Shown here one piece after another: positions 17,148 to 27,913 of a stretch of DNA of 56,762 bases (positions are counted from its first letter, which is position 1; each line of letters starts with the position of its first letter). Both the position numbers and the translations under genes were made by a program. Under the pieces are notes generated by a model. The model ran no database searches and was not told where the DNA came from. It saw nothing but the letters and a program-made list of their open reading frames with translations. The stretch lies in IMG/VR virus record IMGVR_UViG_3300042343_001623. The stretch is one strand, 5' to 3'. This DNA comes from an uncultured virus (IMG/VR IMGVR_UViG_3300042343_001623) (taxonomy: Duplodnaviria > Heunggongvirae > Uroviricota > Caudoviricetes).

Positions 17148-20100
17148 TATTTCGGAAGAAAAATTATATTATCAGGATTATAATAACGTAATATTGGTAG
17201 ACCCCAATAAGGTCTTTAACGCCGATGGTGTACCAGTTGATCGTTTGGTTCAACCCGAAAATCTTATAACATATGCGAATTTAACTTGTAATGTAATTCC
17301 AAGAACAAAGCTTGCGGTTGGAGAAAACTTTAGTACACCTATACGACAAATTCAATTAGCTAAAATTAACTTTCTAAAACCTTCCGACAAACAATATTTG
17401 GACACCACTTGGACCAATGAACTACTTGGTGATTATGGAAGTATCGGAAATACAAACAAATTGAACCAAACCTCTGAAGAACAGAGAAAAAACCTCACCA
17501 ACACCAACTACGACACACAATTGTTGGGTATTAAAAGTATATCAATCAGAAACAATCAAATCTTTATTCCCGAAGTTAATATTGAATTAGAAGATGTACA
17601 GGGTAGAGCTTTATTTGAAAAAGGGGAAAAGTCACCATACGCCGCTTTTTTTCAACTACCATATCCTCTATTTGAACTAACCGTCAAAGGGTATTATGGT
17701 AAAGCTGTCAAGTATGAGTTGAATTTGGTTTCTTTCAACGCTAGATTCAACCCGAGCAACGGTAACTACCAAATATCTTTGAAATTAATGGGAAGAACAC
17801 CCGCTCTTTTTTCTGATATTAATTTATCGTATATGTACGCACTTCCGTACATGTACCCCTCAACCTTTTATACAGATACGACGACAAATAATCAGACTAC
17901 GGATGATGTTGCTCAAAACCTGAAAACTCAAATAACACAAGAGACGACAAGAGGATATCAAAAACTTAGAGAAGTTTACTCAGTTTACAAATCCAAAGGT
18001 TTGATTCCACAGGACTTTCCTGTGATGAATTTAGATCAGTTGAGGATAAAACTTGATTTATTAATCAATCAACAACTGTCATCATTTGGAGAAGAAAATT
18101 TTTCAGTATTGAGTGATATTGCTAGATATGAAGATGATCTACAGAAGTTCTATGCTAATATTTTTGGTACTTCTTCGGGGGCTTGGTTTACTAAGTGGAC
18201 ACAAAAAAACAATTACTACATCTCAAATACAGACCAATCGACAAGATATTATCCGATCAATTCAAGTGACACGACACTATCATCAATCAAAAGTGAACTT
18301 CAAAATTTAATTGATGAATATTCGAAAAAACTTCTTGACAACCCAACCCTTGGGGAGAGAGGTCAATACTCTACAGGAAAAATAAAAGGTAAATCATCTT
18401 CAATCGATATTAATATATCAGTTGATGACATAATTGTAACAGAACAATTCGACTTAGATTTTGAAACCAAGTACAAAACTGAATTTGGAGTTCAAAGTGC
18501 AACTACCGCACAGATTCAACAATTTATTCAAACATATACTTCAACAATATTGGATTCAACATATATAGACCCCAAAAATCTACAAGTTATTGATAACTAC
18601 GGTTTGGTGAAAAAGGGTCCTAATGTTGGTTTCGAACAAAAAATTGCACAAATAAGAAAACAACTTAAAGAAAAAAGCGAAGAAATAGAAAAAGCACTTA
18701 CCGACTCATTATTAGAAAAAATAATAGACCCAAATTTCGGACTCGGATTTAATCCGACGATTCGGAATGTGATGGCGGTAATTATGGCTCAAGTTGATGC
18801 TTTTTTGAGATTGATGGATGAAGTTCACAGTAAAGCGTGGGATAAAAGGAAAGACCCTAAAAGATTAAGTACTATTTTAGGAGGTATAAATACTGATAGT
18901 ACCATTCCGATCCCTACGGAAGATCAGATTGTTTACCCTTGGCCGTCCTATACGGAAGTAAAAGATGTTGAAAATAAAATAGTTGTAAAATATCCTGGTG
19001 ATTCAACAGCTTTTCAAAAAACAGACGCTTATAATTTTGAGATATGGCCCGAAGTTGAATTTGTTGAACAGTTTATGTCGGGTATGATACCATACGACGA
19101 ACAGACGTTAAAGAACCCAATTCAAAATGCAGAACAGACCCCCCCATATGTTTCGTCCAACGCACTTGAATTTCCTTTCAAAAACATACCCTACCTCAAT
19201 CTGACTGATGTGTCGGTATTATATGAATTATTTGAAAGAACATTAGCAAGTTCATACTATATTGGGTTAATGAAAGGAGGATCGAGTTCTCAACAATTGT
19301 ATAAAGTATTAGGTGATTTTGAAAAATACAACTTATTACAACAAATAAATGATTCCATTTCATTACTTGAATTATTTAAAAAGACACCCCTCGATTATCA
19401 AAATTATAAAGAGGTTTTGAGAAGTTCGTCCAATAATGGAACTGGGTTATATTGGAATCAATATATTAGGGATATTTTTGCAACTCCGTATATAGAAGAA
19501 CAAGTCAAAAATAGTTCCGAGATTCTGAGTATTGAGTCCTTGGGTAATAATTCCGCAACCATTAATGGGGAGCAAGAAACAACCAACACCCTCACATCTT
19601 ATATCAAGAGTAGCGATTCGACAATCAAAGACCTTCTGAATACATATCCCTTTGATAATCCAAATTGGAGAATTAATAATTTAGCGGGTTTTCAAGGGGC
19701 TTCTGAAAATAAATTTTATGACACAACAAAGGTACTTAACTTTTTTTCAGAGAAAAAGGTAATAACTAATTTTACTGACGTTGGATCAAAAACCGAAATA
19801 AGACCATTCAATTACTTCAATTGGCAAGAAAACCAAATAACACAAACAACACCCAATGGTGATGACTTGTCTAATATTAATACTGCAAGTAATTTAAAAA
19901 GTTTTTTTGATCAAAGAACAGACAATAGAAAAAAAGTAATTTTGGAAGGATCGGTGTACTATTCCGATTATACAAATAATGTAACGGCCACACAAACTAC
20001 CTCTATTCTCAACACACCTTATTTTGTAAATGCATTTACTGAAGGTTTACAAAATTATAAACAATTAGACAGTCATCCTTTCAAAGCGGCGGCATACTTG

Positions 20101-23100
20101 TTTTTGAACTCCCTACCTTTGGCAACAACATTAGAAAAATACATTTCAAAAACCGACAACACAAATGAGTTTTTGAATTATATAGCATCTACAATGACCA
20201 AATTTTCGGGTGTTCACAAACTCCCTTTTGCTTGGATATTAAAATATGGAAGTATTTGGAATAGGTATAAAACTTATATTGAAACAGGTGTTGATTTCTT
20301 GGATGAATGTTGGAAAGATATAGATTTTGCGGGTTTATACGATCCTATTGGTAGTGCAACCACCAAAACATATAGTTCATCTACGGTTACATATACTATG
20401 GTTGGACAACCGACCAGTGTAAACCAAAACCAAATATTTGGTTTATTCCCTACTAATATAACAACGTTTCAAGTAGGATTTTATCCAAAATTAGTAAATG
20501 ATTTAATGTATTTCTATATTGGAAAGAATGTTTTTAGTGGTTATACAGATTCTGAATTTCAGAACGCAATAAGTCAAGGATTGAATATCAAGAATAATGT
20601 GAAGTCTAACTTTTCCCAAGTCGGACTCAATAGTACAAATCAATTCAGTTCATTGGGTTACTATTCTTATTTTGATCTCGAAGGTTTGGTAGATTTTTCG
20701 GGTAGTGGTATTACTGATTGGGTTTTATTCCCTAGTATCGGGGCTCTAAGATTTAATCAAACTTATTTGGAATATCTTAAGAATGGTACGGTTACAGAAT
20801 ACTTGGCAGAGGACAACGCGTATTATAACGGTTCGGCACGAATGAATTGGAATAGCCCAAACTTCGGATATTTCAACACGACAACAATCAAAAAACCAAC
20901 TCCGAGCGAATATATGAAATTTGTTTTCTCAGGTCAGGAAAAAATTCAAGAATCTTTTACTTTAGCTGCGAAATACTCATCAATCGAGGAAATTTTTGGT
21001 GTTTTCGATAAAAACACTTTGGATTTATTCGAACAAATGTTTTTGAAATTCTGTGAACATCCAATAAATTATGACAACGCACAACTTGGATCAGGTAATT
21101 TCAACAATATTTTAACTCAAAGCCTATTATCTGAAACCGAAAACTTCAAGTTCAAAAATTTTGCTGGTCTTCTAAGGGAATTTTTTAAAGTCAATCCTTC
21201 GGGTGTTTCTTCGGACCCAACCCAATTATCATATCAATTAGCATCATTCCAAGAAAAAAGAATACTAAATTTTGTAAGAACATTTATGGATTTGGATGTT
21301 GTTCTTAAACTTGGTAATTGTGGAAATTACGACAGAAAATTGTTTGATAGTTTATCAGGGAACCAACTATTAATACCCACACAACCATATACTTTTAGTA
21401 AATACGTTTCTAATACCTTACCAACAACAAACGGTAGTGTGACATTATTACAATCAAAAGCATTGAACCCCGATGCTTGGAATGCCTTGGAAGAATATGT
21501 TGGATTCTCAACAATATCAGGTCTCACATATACAGACGGAGGATCTTATATTACAGACTTTTTCCCTACTATGGATATTGAATTTACGTCCGAAAATGTA
21601 CAAATTTTGAATAAAGTTATTAAGATTTTTGCAAACGAAAAAATACAAAATCCACAACTAACCAAGACACAATTTCAAACAACCCTCACAAACTATATTA
21701 ATACACTTAATCAAAATCACAGTAATGTTTTGAATTACACCTTGGACCAAGTGAAAAATCAAATTCCAACAATAATTCAAAAACCTGTTGATTTTACATC
21801 GAGAATAGATGGTGATACTGTTAAAAATGACCTTTGGAGGTTATTCAAAACATTGGATGAAAAGTGGGTTGCTGGTGCAAACTTCAAAGAAAAGACATTA
21901 TTCGAAGAGTTTTTGTTTTTCGATCGTAGAAACCGAGACATTGGACAGAAATTTATTATAGATATTTACTCAATAAGAACATATCTCACGGAAAAAAGGG
22001 ATAAAACATCTTTACTTAATTTCATAAGTGCAATCTTCAAAGAAAATAGATTCAACTTTTTTGCTTTACCTTCGTATGTGAATTTTTATGGTTTACAAGA
22101 ACCAGGATTAAATTCAGGACCGACAATTGGTAGTGACGATATAGGATCTTTGGCCTTTGGGACTTTCTTGGAGGTTGACTATCAGAATTCAAAACCAAAA
22201 TACCTTTGTCAGTTTATTGGTAGATTGAGTGAACATTTGAAAATTGGAGAAAACTATTATTTCGGATCGGATGGATTAGACTTAGAAAACTCACCCGATA
22301 CTTTAATTGATACTAATCAAGATCAAAATGCGGATTTGGGATTGAGTAATAAGGTTGTTGCATTTGCAGTTGACTTCGGAATACAGAATCAAAACATTTT
22401 TACTTCATTATCTTTGGATCAAGCACAACATAAAGTGACCGCGGAATCTATTGATATTCTGATGGGTTTATCTAATCAGTATAACTCCAATACCGCTATG
22501 CCACAACCACAAGGATTATATGACCTCTATAAAAGTAGAAGTTATAAATGTGAAGTAGGTAGTATGGGGTCTATGTTAATTCAACCCACCATGTATTTCC
22601 AATTGAGAAATGTCCCAATGTTTTCGGGAGCGTACTTGATTTTAGGGGTAGAACATGACATACAAGTTGGTGGTGAATTCACAACAAAATTTACAGGAAC
22701 AAAAGTTTCTAAGTATGAGGATGAAACTCCGGAACAATTGGTCGCTGTTGTAAATAGAAATTACATTAATAAAATTAAGGACAGAATCAAAAAATATAAA
22801 ACAGAAGAGAATTTTATATTATCAACTCGAGTTGATGACCAAGCGGCCACATCATCGCCAACGGGTCCAGCGGCAGCCATCGACACTTGTTCACGAAAAA
22901 TCAATGAGGTATTTGCCCAAGTCCCAACAAAAGACGCTTCGTCACAACCTATCGAAACTAAAATTTCGGATGAAGAATTATTCAACATAATTTCTGGAGT
23001 TACAAGCGATAAGAAGGTTGGTATAAATGCATTTATATTTCCACATCTTTTATATAACTACGACAATTCACCAAATTACGTTCAAAATAACTTATATAGT

Positions 23101-23493
23101 TTTATATTAGAAAGTGCTAATAATATTAAGTTATTAGGGTCAACAGGTCTTTATTCGGAAGATAGTTATATAAATGGATGTTTGTGTTATCAATTGAAAG
23201 ATAATTCTGTTGTTCCTTTGGCAACATTTGAGTCACCCGAAAAATGTGTTCAGGCTTTTATTAGTGTCAACCAAGTGTGGATCAGCGCTTTGATGAAAAA
23301 CCCAACCGTTTCGGGTACAACATATAATATTGAACCAAGAAGTAATATGAGTGAAGACGAAAAAAATCAATTGTTTAATAGTCTCAAAAATTGTTGGATA
23401 AAATATAAGGAAACTATAGGAGGTTCGGTTCTTGAAACTGATGATAAAAAAATCCGTGATAATATGAACCTTTACCTTTTAAGGATAACATGA
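17137..23493 (+). CDS. Very large baseplate hub-like structural protein (2118 aa)
   Basis: N-terminal LGIKSISI.....PEV.IELEDVQG and C-terminal C.V.SMG...IQP.MYF.L.NVPMFSG.Y.I..V.H.I....F.T.F.G resemble split gp27/gpD-type hub folds; follows the LysM gene. Confidence 0.5.
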   Translation: MAGNISEEKLYYQDYNNVILVDPNKVFNADGVPVDRLVQPENLITYANLTCNVIPRTKLAVGENFSTPIRQIQLAKINFLKPSDKQYLDTTWTNELLGDYGSIGNTNKLNQTSEEQRKNLTNTNYDTQLLGIKSISIRNNQIFIPEVNIELEDVQGRALFEKGEKSPYAAFFQLPYPLFELTVKGYYGKAVKYELNLVSFNARFNPSNGNYQISLKLMGRTPALFSDINLSYMYALPYMYPSTFYTDTTTNNQTTDDVAQNLKTQITQETTRGYQKLREVYSVYKSKGLIPQDFPVMNLDQLRIKLDLLINQQLSSFGEENFSVLSDIARYEDDLQKFYANIFGTSSGAWFTKWTQKNNYYISNTDQSTRYYPINSSDTTLSSIKSELQNLIDEYSKKLLDNPTLGERGQYSTGKIKGKSSSIDINISVDDIIVTEQFDLDFETKYKTEFGVQSATTAQIQQFIQTYTSTILDSTYIDPKNLQVIDNYGLVKKGPNVGFEQKIAQIRKQLKEKSEEIEKALTDSLLEKIIDPNFGLGFNPTIRNVMAVIMAQVDAFLRLMDEVHSKAWDKRKDPKRLSTILGGINTDSTIPIPTEDQIVYPWPSYTEVKDVENKIVVKYPGDSTAFQKTDAYNFEIWPEVEFVEQFMSGMIPYDEQTLKNPIQNAEQTPPYVSSNALEFPFKNIPYLNLTDVSVLYELFERTLASSYYIGLMKGGSSSQQLYKVLGDFEKYNLLQQINDSISLLELFKKTPLDYQNYKEVLRSSSNNGTGLYWNQYIRDIFATPYIEEQVKNSSEILSIESLGNNSATINGEQETTNTLTSYIKSSDSTIKDLLNTYPFDNPNWRINNLAGFQGASENKFYDTTKVLNFFSEKKVITNFTDVGSKTEIRPFNYFNWQENQITQTTPNGDDLSNINTASNLKSFFDQRTDNRKKVILEGSVYYSDYTNNVTATQTTSILNTPYFVNAFTEGLQNYKQLDSHPFKAAAYLFLNSLPLATTLEKYISKTDNTNEFLNYIASTMTKFSGVHKLPFAWILKYGSIWNRYKTYIETGVDFLDECWKDIDFAGLYDPIGSATTKTYSSSTVTYTMVGQPTSVNQNQIFGLFPTNITTFQVGFYPKLVNDLMYFYIGKNVFSGYTDSEFQNAISQGLNIKNNVKSNFSQVGLNSTNQFSSLGYYSYFDLEGLVDFSGSGITDWVLFPSIGALRFNQTYLEYLKNGTVTEYLAEDNAYYNGSARMNWNSPNFGYFNTTTIKKPTPSEYMKFVFSGQEKIQESFTLAAKYSSIEEIFGVFDKNTLDLFEQMFLKFCEHPINYDNAQLGSGNFNNILTQSLLSETENFKFKNFAGLLREFFKVNPSGVSSDPTQLSYQLASFQEKRILNFVRTFMDLDVVLKLGNCGNYDRKLFDSLSGNQLLIPTQPYTFSKYVSNTLPTTNGSVTLLQSKALNPDAWNALEEYVGFSTISGLTYTDGGSYITDFFPTMDIEFTSENVQILNKVIKIFANEKIQNPQLTKTQFQTTLTNYINTLNQNHSNVLNYTLDQVKNQIPTIIQKPVDFTSRIDGDTVKNDLWRLFKTLDEKWVAGANFKEKTLFEEFLFFDRRNRDIGQKFIIDIYSIRTYLTEKRDKTSLLNFISAIFKENRFNFFALPSYVNFYGLQEPGLNSGPTIGSDDIGSLAFGTFLEVDYQNSKPKYLCQFIGRLSEHLKIGENYYFGSDGLDLENSPDTLIDTNQDQNADLGLSNKVVAFAVDFGIQNQNIFTSLSLDQAQHKVTAESIDILMGLSNQYNSNTAMPQPQGLYDLYKSRSYKCEVGSMGSMLIQPTMYFQLRNVPMFSGAYLILGVEHDIQVGGEFTTKFTGTKVSKYEDETPEQLVAVVNRNYINKIKDRIKKYKTEENFILSTRVDDQAATSSPTGPAAAIDTCSRKINEVFAQVPTKDASSQPIETKISDEELFNIISGVTSDKKVGINAFIFPHLLYNYDNSPNYVQNNLYSFILESANNIKLLGSTGLYSEDSYINGCLCYQLKDNSVVPLATFESPEKCVQAFISVNQVWISALMKNPTVSGTTYNIEPRSNMSEDEKNQLFNSLKNCWIKYKETIGGSVLETDDKKIRDNMNLYLLRIT

Positions 23494-23509
23494 TATTTAT
23501 AAATAAAAA

Positions 23510-23734
23510 ATGACCACTAAAGAAACATTAGATAGATTCTTGGGGAAGAACACAAGAATTACGGAGAGGTCTATCGGGCCCAACCAAAAAGAAGTTTGTG
23601 ATTTGGACACAAACGAGTGTTACATTATTTCAACAAGTGATGGACTTATTGAAAGAGTGGACAATAACAGAATTACCAACCGTAATGTTCAAGTAAGAAC
23701 AAGTGGAGGTATAAAGCAACTTTTAAACGATTAA
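23510..23734 (+). CDS. Hypothetical protein (74 aa)
   Basis: ORF preceded by TATTTATA and an A-rich start; tightly packed with neighbours. Confidence 0.7.
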   Translation: MTTKETLDRFLGKNTRITERSIGPNQKEVCDLDTNECYIISTSDGLIERVDNNRITNRNVQVRTSGGIKQLLND

Positions 23735-23737
23735 AAA

Positions 23738-24400
23738 ATGTCAGCGGAAAAAAGAATTTTAGAAGAAATCAAAAGATATCGTCAAATCAACAAATATATT
23801 GTAGAACAAGAATTGGCTGGTGAGGTGCCTGATGTGGGTGCTGAGGAATTACCAGCAGCAGATGCGGGTGCTGAGACATTACCGGCGGCAGATACGGGTA
23901 CAGAACCAACCCCAATTGATACGGCAACAGATCCTGATGTTGAGAAAGTGGGTGATACTGAAACTACCGATGTCACCGACACTACAGAAACAACAGATGG
24001 TGGTACTGAAGAATTAGATATTACCGATTTGGTTACAAAACAAGATGATATTTTGTCAAAGCAAACTGAAATGACAGATCAGATTCTTTCACAATTGAAT
24101 GACTTACAGGATAAACTATCTGAAATGGACAAAATTTTACAAAAGGTAGATAGTTTGGAAGTTAAGTTTGAAAAATACAGACAAAAAACTCCTGAAGAGA
24201 AATTAGAATTAAGATCCTTGGACTCTTATCCCTATAGTCAAAAACTTACCGACTTTTTTGACGTAAAACAGGATGAGATGGAGGCTTCAGGTAAAAACGA
24301 ATATGTTTTAACAGATGACGAAGTAACAGGATACGATGCTAGTACAATTAAGAAATCATTTAATGTATATGACGAGAGTTTACCTTTGAACAGATATTGA
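23738..24400 (+). CDS. Acidic coiled-coil protein, possible prohead core/scaffold-type protein
   Basis: Very acidic low-complexity N-half; heptad-like LNDLQDKLSEMDKILQKVDSLE; ILEE/IVEQ motifs near the N-terminus. Function is inference. Confidence 0.45.
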   Translation: MSAEKRILEEIKRYRQINKYIVEQELAGEVPDVGAEELPAADAGAETLPAADTGTEPTPIDTATDPDVEKVGDTETTDVTDTTETTDGGTEELDITDLVTKQDDILSKQTEMTDQILSQLNDLQDKLSEMDKILQKVDSLEVKFEKYRQKTPEEKLELRSLDSYPYSQKLTDFFDVKQDEMEASGKNEYVLTDDEVTGYDASTIKKSFNVYDESLPLNRY

Positions 24401-24426
24401 TTTAAAACAATTTTATAATTATTATT

Positions 24427-24462
24427 AAGGGGTCAGCGGTAAAATCCAAGACCCCTTTTTTT
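24427..24462 (+). terminator. Rho-independent terminator ending the structural block
   Basis: AAGGGGTC-N15-GACCCCTT followed by a T tract. Confidence 0.65.
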
Positions 24463-24464
24463 AT

Positions 24465-24493
24465 TTGACAATACGAAACTTTAAATCTAATTT
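24465..24493 (+). promoter_or_regulatory. Putative sigma70-like promoter of the replication block
   Basis: TTGACA-N17-TAATTT, 26 nt upstream of the SSB ATG; a second TTGATT-N17-TATTAT lies at 24397-24425. Confidence 0.5.
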
Positions 24494-24519
24494 TTATCAA
24501 ACCTTTTAATTAACACATT

Positions 24520-25371
24520 ATGGCAACATCTTTAGACGCGGTACTGGCTCAGTACGAAAAAAACACCAAACCAACCGGTAATGGTAACTCAATGGATCGT
24601 GAAGATCGATTGAAGAAGTATTTCACAACTATCCTTTTGCAAGGAGAAACTTCAGGACGGAAGCGAATTCGTATTCTACCAACTCCCGACAATTCTTCAC
24701 CATTTAAGGAAGTTTGGTTCCACGAAGTACAGGTTAACAAACAATGGCTTAAGCTCTATGATCCAGGAAAGAATGACAACGAACCTTCACCGTTGAATGA
24801 CCTATATGACGAACTTATGTCTACGGGTAAAGCTCAAGACAAAGAACTTGCAAGTCAATATCGGTCTCGTAAATTCTACATTGTAAAGGTAATTGACCGT
24901 GATGCTGAAGAGGATGGTGTAAAATTCTGGCGTTTCAAACACAACTATAAGAACGAAGGTGTGTTGGATAAGATCATTCCGATTTGGCGTGAAAAAGGTG
25001 ATGTAACCGACCCAACCAAAGGACGAGACCTTATCATCACCCTCACAAAGTCCAAATCCCCAAATGGAAAAGAATATACCACAATTCAATCCATAATGCA
25101 CGACGACCCATCTCCTTTGGCTACAGACAAGAAACAACAAGAAGAGTGGCTTGCTGACGAATTGACTTGGGAGGATGTGTACTCGAAGAAGCCTTATGAA
25201 TATCTTGAGGCAATCTCTCGTGGAGAGACCCCACGTTGGGACAACGCAACGGGCAAATATGTGTATGGTGAAGAAGGAACATCTGAGTTCGGTGGTGGAG
25301 GAACCACAGATGAAGAAAGTGACCTTGATCCACAACACAACGAACTTCCCTCGGCGGAACTTCCATTCTAA
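24520..25371 (+). CDS. Single-stranded DNA-binding protein (T4 gp32-like)
   Basis: IRILP, PF.EVWFH, KVIDR..EEDGVKFW.F, D.TDP..GRDL.I; acidic tail ending ELPF; precedes uvsX. Confidence 0.8.
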   Translation: MATSLDAVLAQYEKNTKPTGNGNSMDREDRLKKYFTTILLQGETSGRKRIRILPTPDNSSPFKEVWFHEVQVNKQWLKLYDPGKNDNEPSPLNDLYDELMSTGKAQDKELASQYRSRKFYIVKVIDRDAEEDGVKFWRFKHNYKNEGVLDKIIPIWREKGDVTDPTKGRDLIITLTKSKSPNGKEYTTIQSIMHDDPSPLATDKKQQEEWLADELTWEDVYSKKPYEYLEAISRGETPRWDNATGKYVYGEEGTSEFGGGGTTDEESDLDPQHNELPSAELPF

Positions 25372-25378
25372 AAATCAC

Positions 25379-25402
25379 GGGGAGGTTTTCCTCCCCTTTT
25401 TT
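25379..25402 (+). terminator. Terminator/attenuator between SSB and recombinase
   Basis: GGGGAGG-tttt-CCTCCCC-TTTTTT. Confidence 0.75.
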
Positions 25403-25416
25403 AACTTATAAAAATT

Positions 25417-26433
25417 ATGGCAATCAAGAAAAAAGATTTTACTTCGGTAAAGAAGAAGTTTTCGACTTCGGCAAAATATAAACCACAAAAATACCTTGAC
25501 TTGGGTCAAGAATTTTTGGACGCTACAGGTATGCCAGGACCGGCACTTGGTCACCTTAATATGTTCTTGGGTCACTCCGATACGGGTAAGACAACTGCAC
25601 TTGTAAAATCGGCAGTTAGTGCACAACAAAAAAATATCCTACCTGTTTTTATTATTACAGAACAAAAATGGAGTTTTGATCACGCTAAAATTATGGGATT
25701 CCAATGTGAAGAAGTTGTTGATGAAGAAACGGGTGAATTGGATTGGGATGGATTCTTCCTTTTCAAAAACGACTTTGATTACATTGAACAAATCACCGAT
25801 TATATCAATGAGGTATTGGACGCACAAGATAAAGGTGATATTGACTACGATCTTTTGTTCCTTTGGGACTCGGTTGGTTCTGTTCCCTGTAAAATGACGT
25901 TCGATGGTAAAGGAGGAAAACAACACAACGCATCGGTTCTTGCTGACAAGATTGGGATGGGTATCAACCAACGAATTTCGGGAAGCCGTAGGTCAGATAG
26001 TAAATACACCAACACTTTGGTAATCGTCAATCAGCCTTGGGTTGAACTTCCTGATAATCCTTTTGGTCAACCGAAGATTAAGGCGAAAGGGGGTGAGGCG
26101 ATTTGGTTGAATTCATCCATCGTTTTCTTATTTGGAAATCAGAAAAATGCGGGAACAACTAAGATCAGTGCTACTAAAGACGGACGTAAGGTAAAGTTCG
26201 CAACACGAACCAAAATTTCTGTGATGAAAAATCACATCAATGGGTTGGGGTATGAAGATGGTAAAATTTTGGTCACACCTCACGGGTTTTTGCATGGTAA
26301 AGATGCGTCAGAGGAAAAGACCTCTATTGAAACCTACAAAAAAGAACATGCTGACTATTGGAAAGAAATCTTGGGGTCAGGTGGAGAATACAAATTAGAA
26401 GAAGATGTTGAATCTTTAAGTGATTTGTTGTGA
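25417..26433 (+). CDS. uvsX: RecA/UvsX-like recombinase
   Basis: Walker A GHSDTGKT, FIITEQK, Walker B FLWDSVGS, VIVNQ, KGGEA, KNH. Confidence 0.88.
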   Translation: MAIKKKDFTSVKKKFSTSAKYKPQKYLDLGQEFLDATGMPGPALGHLNMFLGHSDTGKTTALVKSAVSAQQKNILPVFIITEQKWSFDHAKIMGFQCEEVVDEETGELDWDGFFLFKNDFDYIEQITDYINEVLDAQDKGDIDYDLLFLWDSVGSVPCKMTFDGKGGKQHNASVLADKIGMGINQRISGSRRSDSKYTNTLVIVNQPWVELPDNPFGQPKIKAKGGEAIWLNSSIVFLFGNQKNAGTTKISATKDGRKVKFATRTKISVMKNHINGLGYEDGKILVTPHGFLHGKDASEEKTSIETYKKEHADYWKEILGSGGEYKLEEDVESLSDLL

Positions 26434-27434
26434 GAACTTTATTAGTTGATGGAAATAACCTCCTGAAAATCGGATTTCACGGAGCTAAGAACTTATACTC
26501 TCAAGATAAGAAAGTAGGAGGTATTTTCCATTTTTTGAATACACTTAGAAAACAACTTACGGAATATAACTACGACAAAATTCTTGTATTTTGGGATGGT
26601 GAGTATAACTCTTTGGAAAGAAGAAAGATTCTTGCAGAATACAAAGCAAATAGAATCAAATCCGATGATTTTGACACAGAATCCTTTTACGAACAAAAGA
26701 ACCGTATCCAACTTTATTTGGAAGAATTCTTTGTAAGACAAGTAGAACAAGCAGAATGTGAGTCTGATGATCTAATTGCATTTTATACTCAAAATTCTGA
26801 CAACGAACAAGTAACTATTTATTCGGGGGATAAAGATCTAACACAACTCATGAAAGAAAATGTGTGGATCTATAATCCGTTTAAGGGACTAATAAAGTAT
26901 GGTGAGAAGATTCAGATAGTAAAAGATCTGTATGTTCCATCAGAAAATATGGCAGTCTTCAAGATTTTTTGTGGTGATAAGTCGGATAATATAAATGGAG
27001 TTTATTTTCTTGGAGAAAGGACTTTGGTTAAGTTATTCCCCGACCTATTAACAAAAAAGATGGAAGTAGAGGAAGTATTGGGTTTGGCTGAGAAACTTTT
27101 TGAAGAAAACAAAAACAACAAAACGTTACAAAACCTTTTGACTGGTAAAACAAAAGATGGTATATTTGAAAAAGAACTTTATGAAGTCAACAGAAAGTTA
27201 ATTGATCTACGAAACCCACTTTTAACACAAGAAGCAAAAAATGAAATATTAAGTCTAATCAATGAGAGTTTAGACCCCGATGGTAGATCATACAAACAGG
27301 CGATGAAACTTATGAGAGAAGATGGTCTGTACAATTTTTTACCGAGAGGGGACAATGCGTGGGTTGATTTTATCACCCCTTTTATGAAGTTAACAAGAAA
27401 AGAAAAACAAACCTTTAAAAAACAAAAAAAATGA
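26430..27434 (+). CDS. 5'-3' exonuclease/flap endonuclease (T4 RNase H / PolI N-terminal family)
   Basis: LLVDGNNL, VFWDG, R......YKANR, ESDDLIA, SGDKDLTQL, GDKSDNI.GV..LGE.T; GTG start overlapping the upstream TGA. Confidence 0.92.
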   Translation: MRTLLVDGNNLLKIGFHGAKNLYSQDKKVGGIFHFLNTLRKQLTEYNYDKILVFWDGEYNSLERRKILAEYKANRIKSDDFDTESFYEQKNRIQLYLEEFFVRQVEQAECESDDLIAFYTQNSDNEQVTIYSGDKDLTQLMKENVWIYNPFKGLIKYGEKIQIVKDLYVPSENMAVFKIFCGDKSDNINGVYFLGERTLVKLFPDLLTKKMEVEEVLGLAEKLFEENKNNKTLQNLLTGKTKDGIFEKELYEVNRKLIDLRNPLLTQEAKNEILSLINESLDPDGRSYKQAMKLMREDGLYNFLPRGDNAWVDFITPFMKLTRKEKQTFKKQKK

Positions 27435-27880
27435 AAGAACAGGAATTGAAAAAAATGGAATTGTTGATTACCCTCAACGACAACTTTGTGGTACAACGAT
27501 TCTTTAATGTACGGGATTATCAAGAAAACGCAGGACGATCTTTGAATCTCTATCACGAGTTGAATAATATCAAGAACATTATTCAAAATGATCTCAAGCG
27601 TAAGACCCTTGTGTATATGACCGATAATTATTTTCAGATCACCACCGATGAGTCCATTATGGAAACATCAAACACCGATGGACCCGAGAATTTTAACATT
27701 TATATTAAGGATGGAAATCGGACAATTTGTCACCTTCAGTTCGATGCGAAAGTTTACCCCCCAAAAGTTCGTTATACCGTTGATATACGACCACTTCTGA
27801 AAGGTGTTTTGCGTAACCTAACTGACATTTTTTCCGACGAAAATTTAACTTACTCTTACCTAGATTTAGAACTCGTTTAA
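27431..27880 (+). CDS. Hypothetical protein in the replication block
   Basis: 149-aa ORF with ATGA overlap; no motif recognised. Confidence 0.75.
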   Translation: MKEQELKKMELLITLNDNFVVQRFFNVRDYQENAGRSLNLYHELNNIKNIIQNDLKRKTLVYMTDNYFQITTDESIMETSNTDGPENFNIYIKDGNRTICHLQFDAKVYPPKVRYTVDIRPLLKGVLRNLTDIFSDENLTYSYLDLELV

Positions 27881-27913
27881 CTATATTTATAGAAAAATCA
27901 GGTAGTTTCATTC

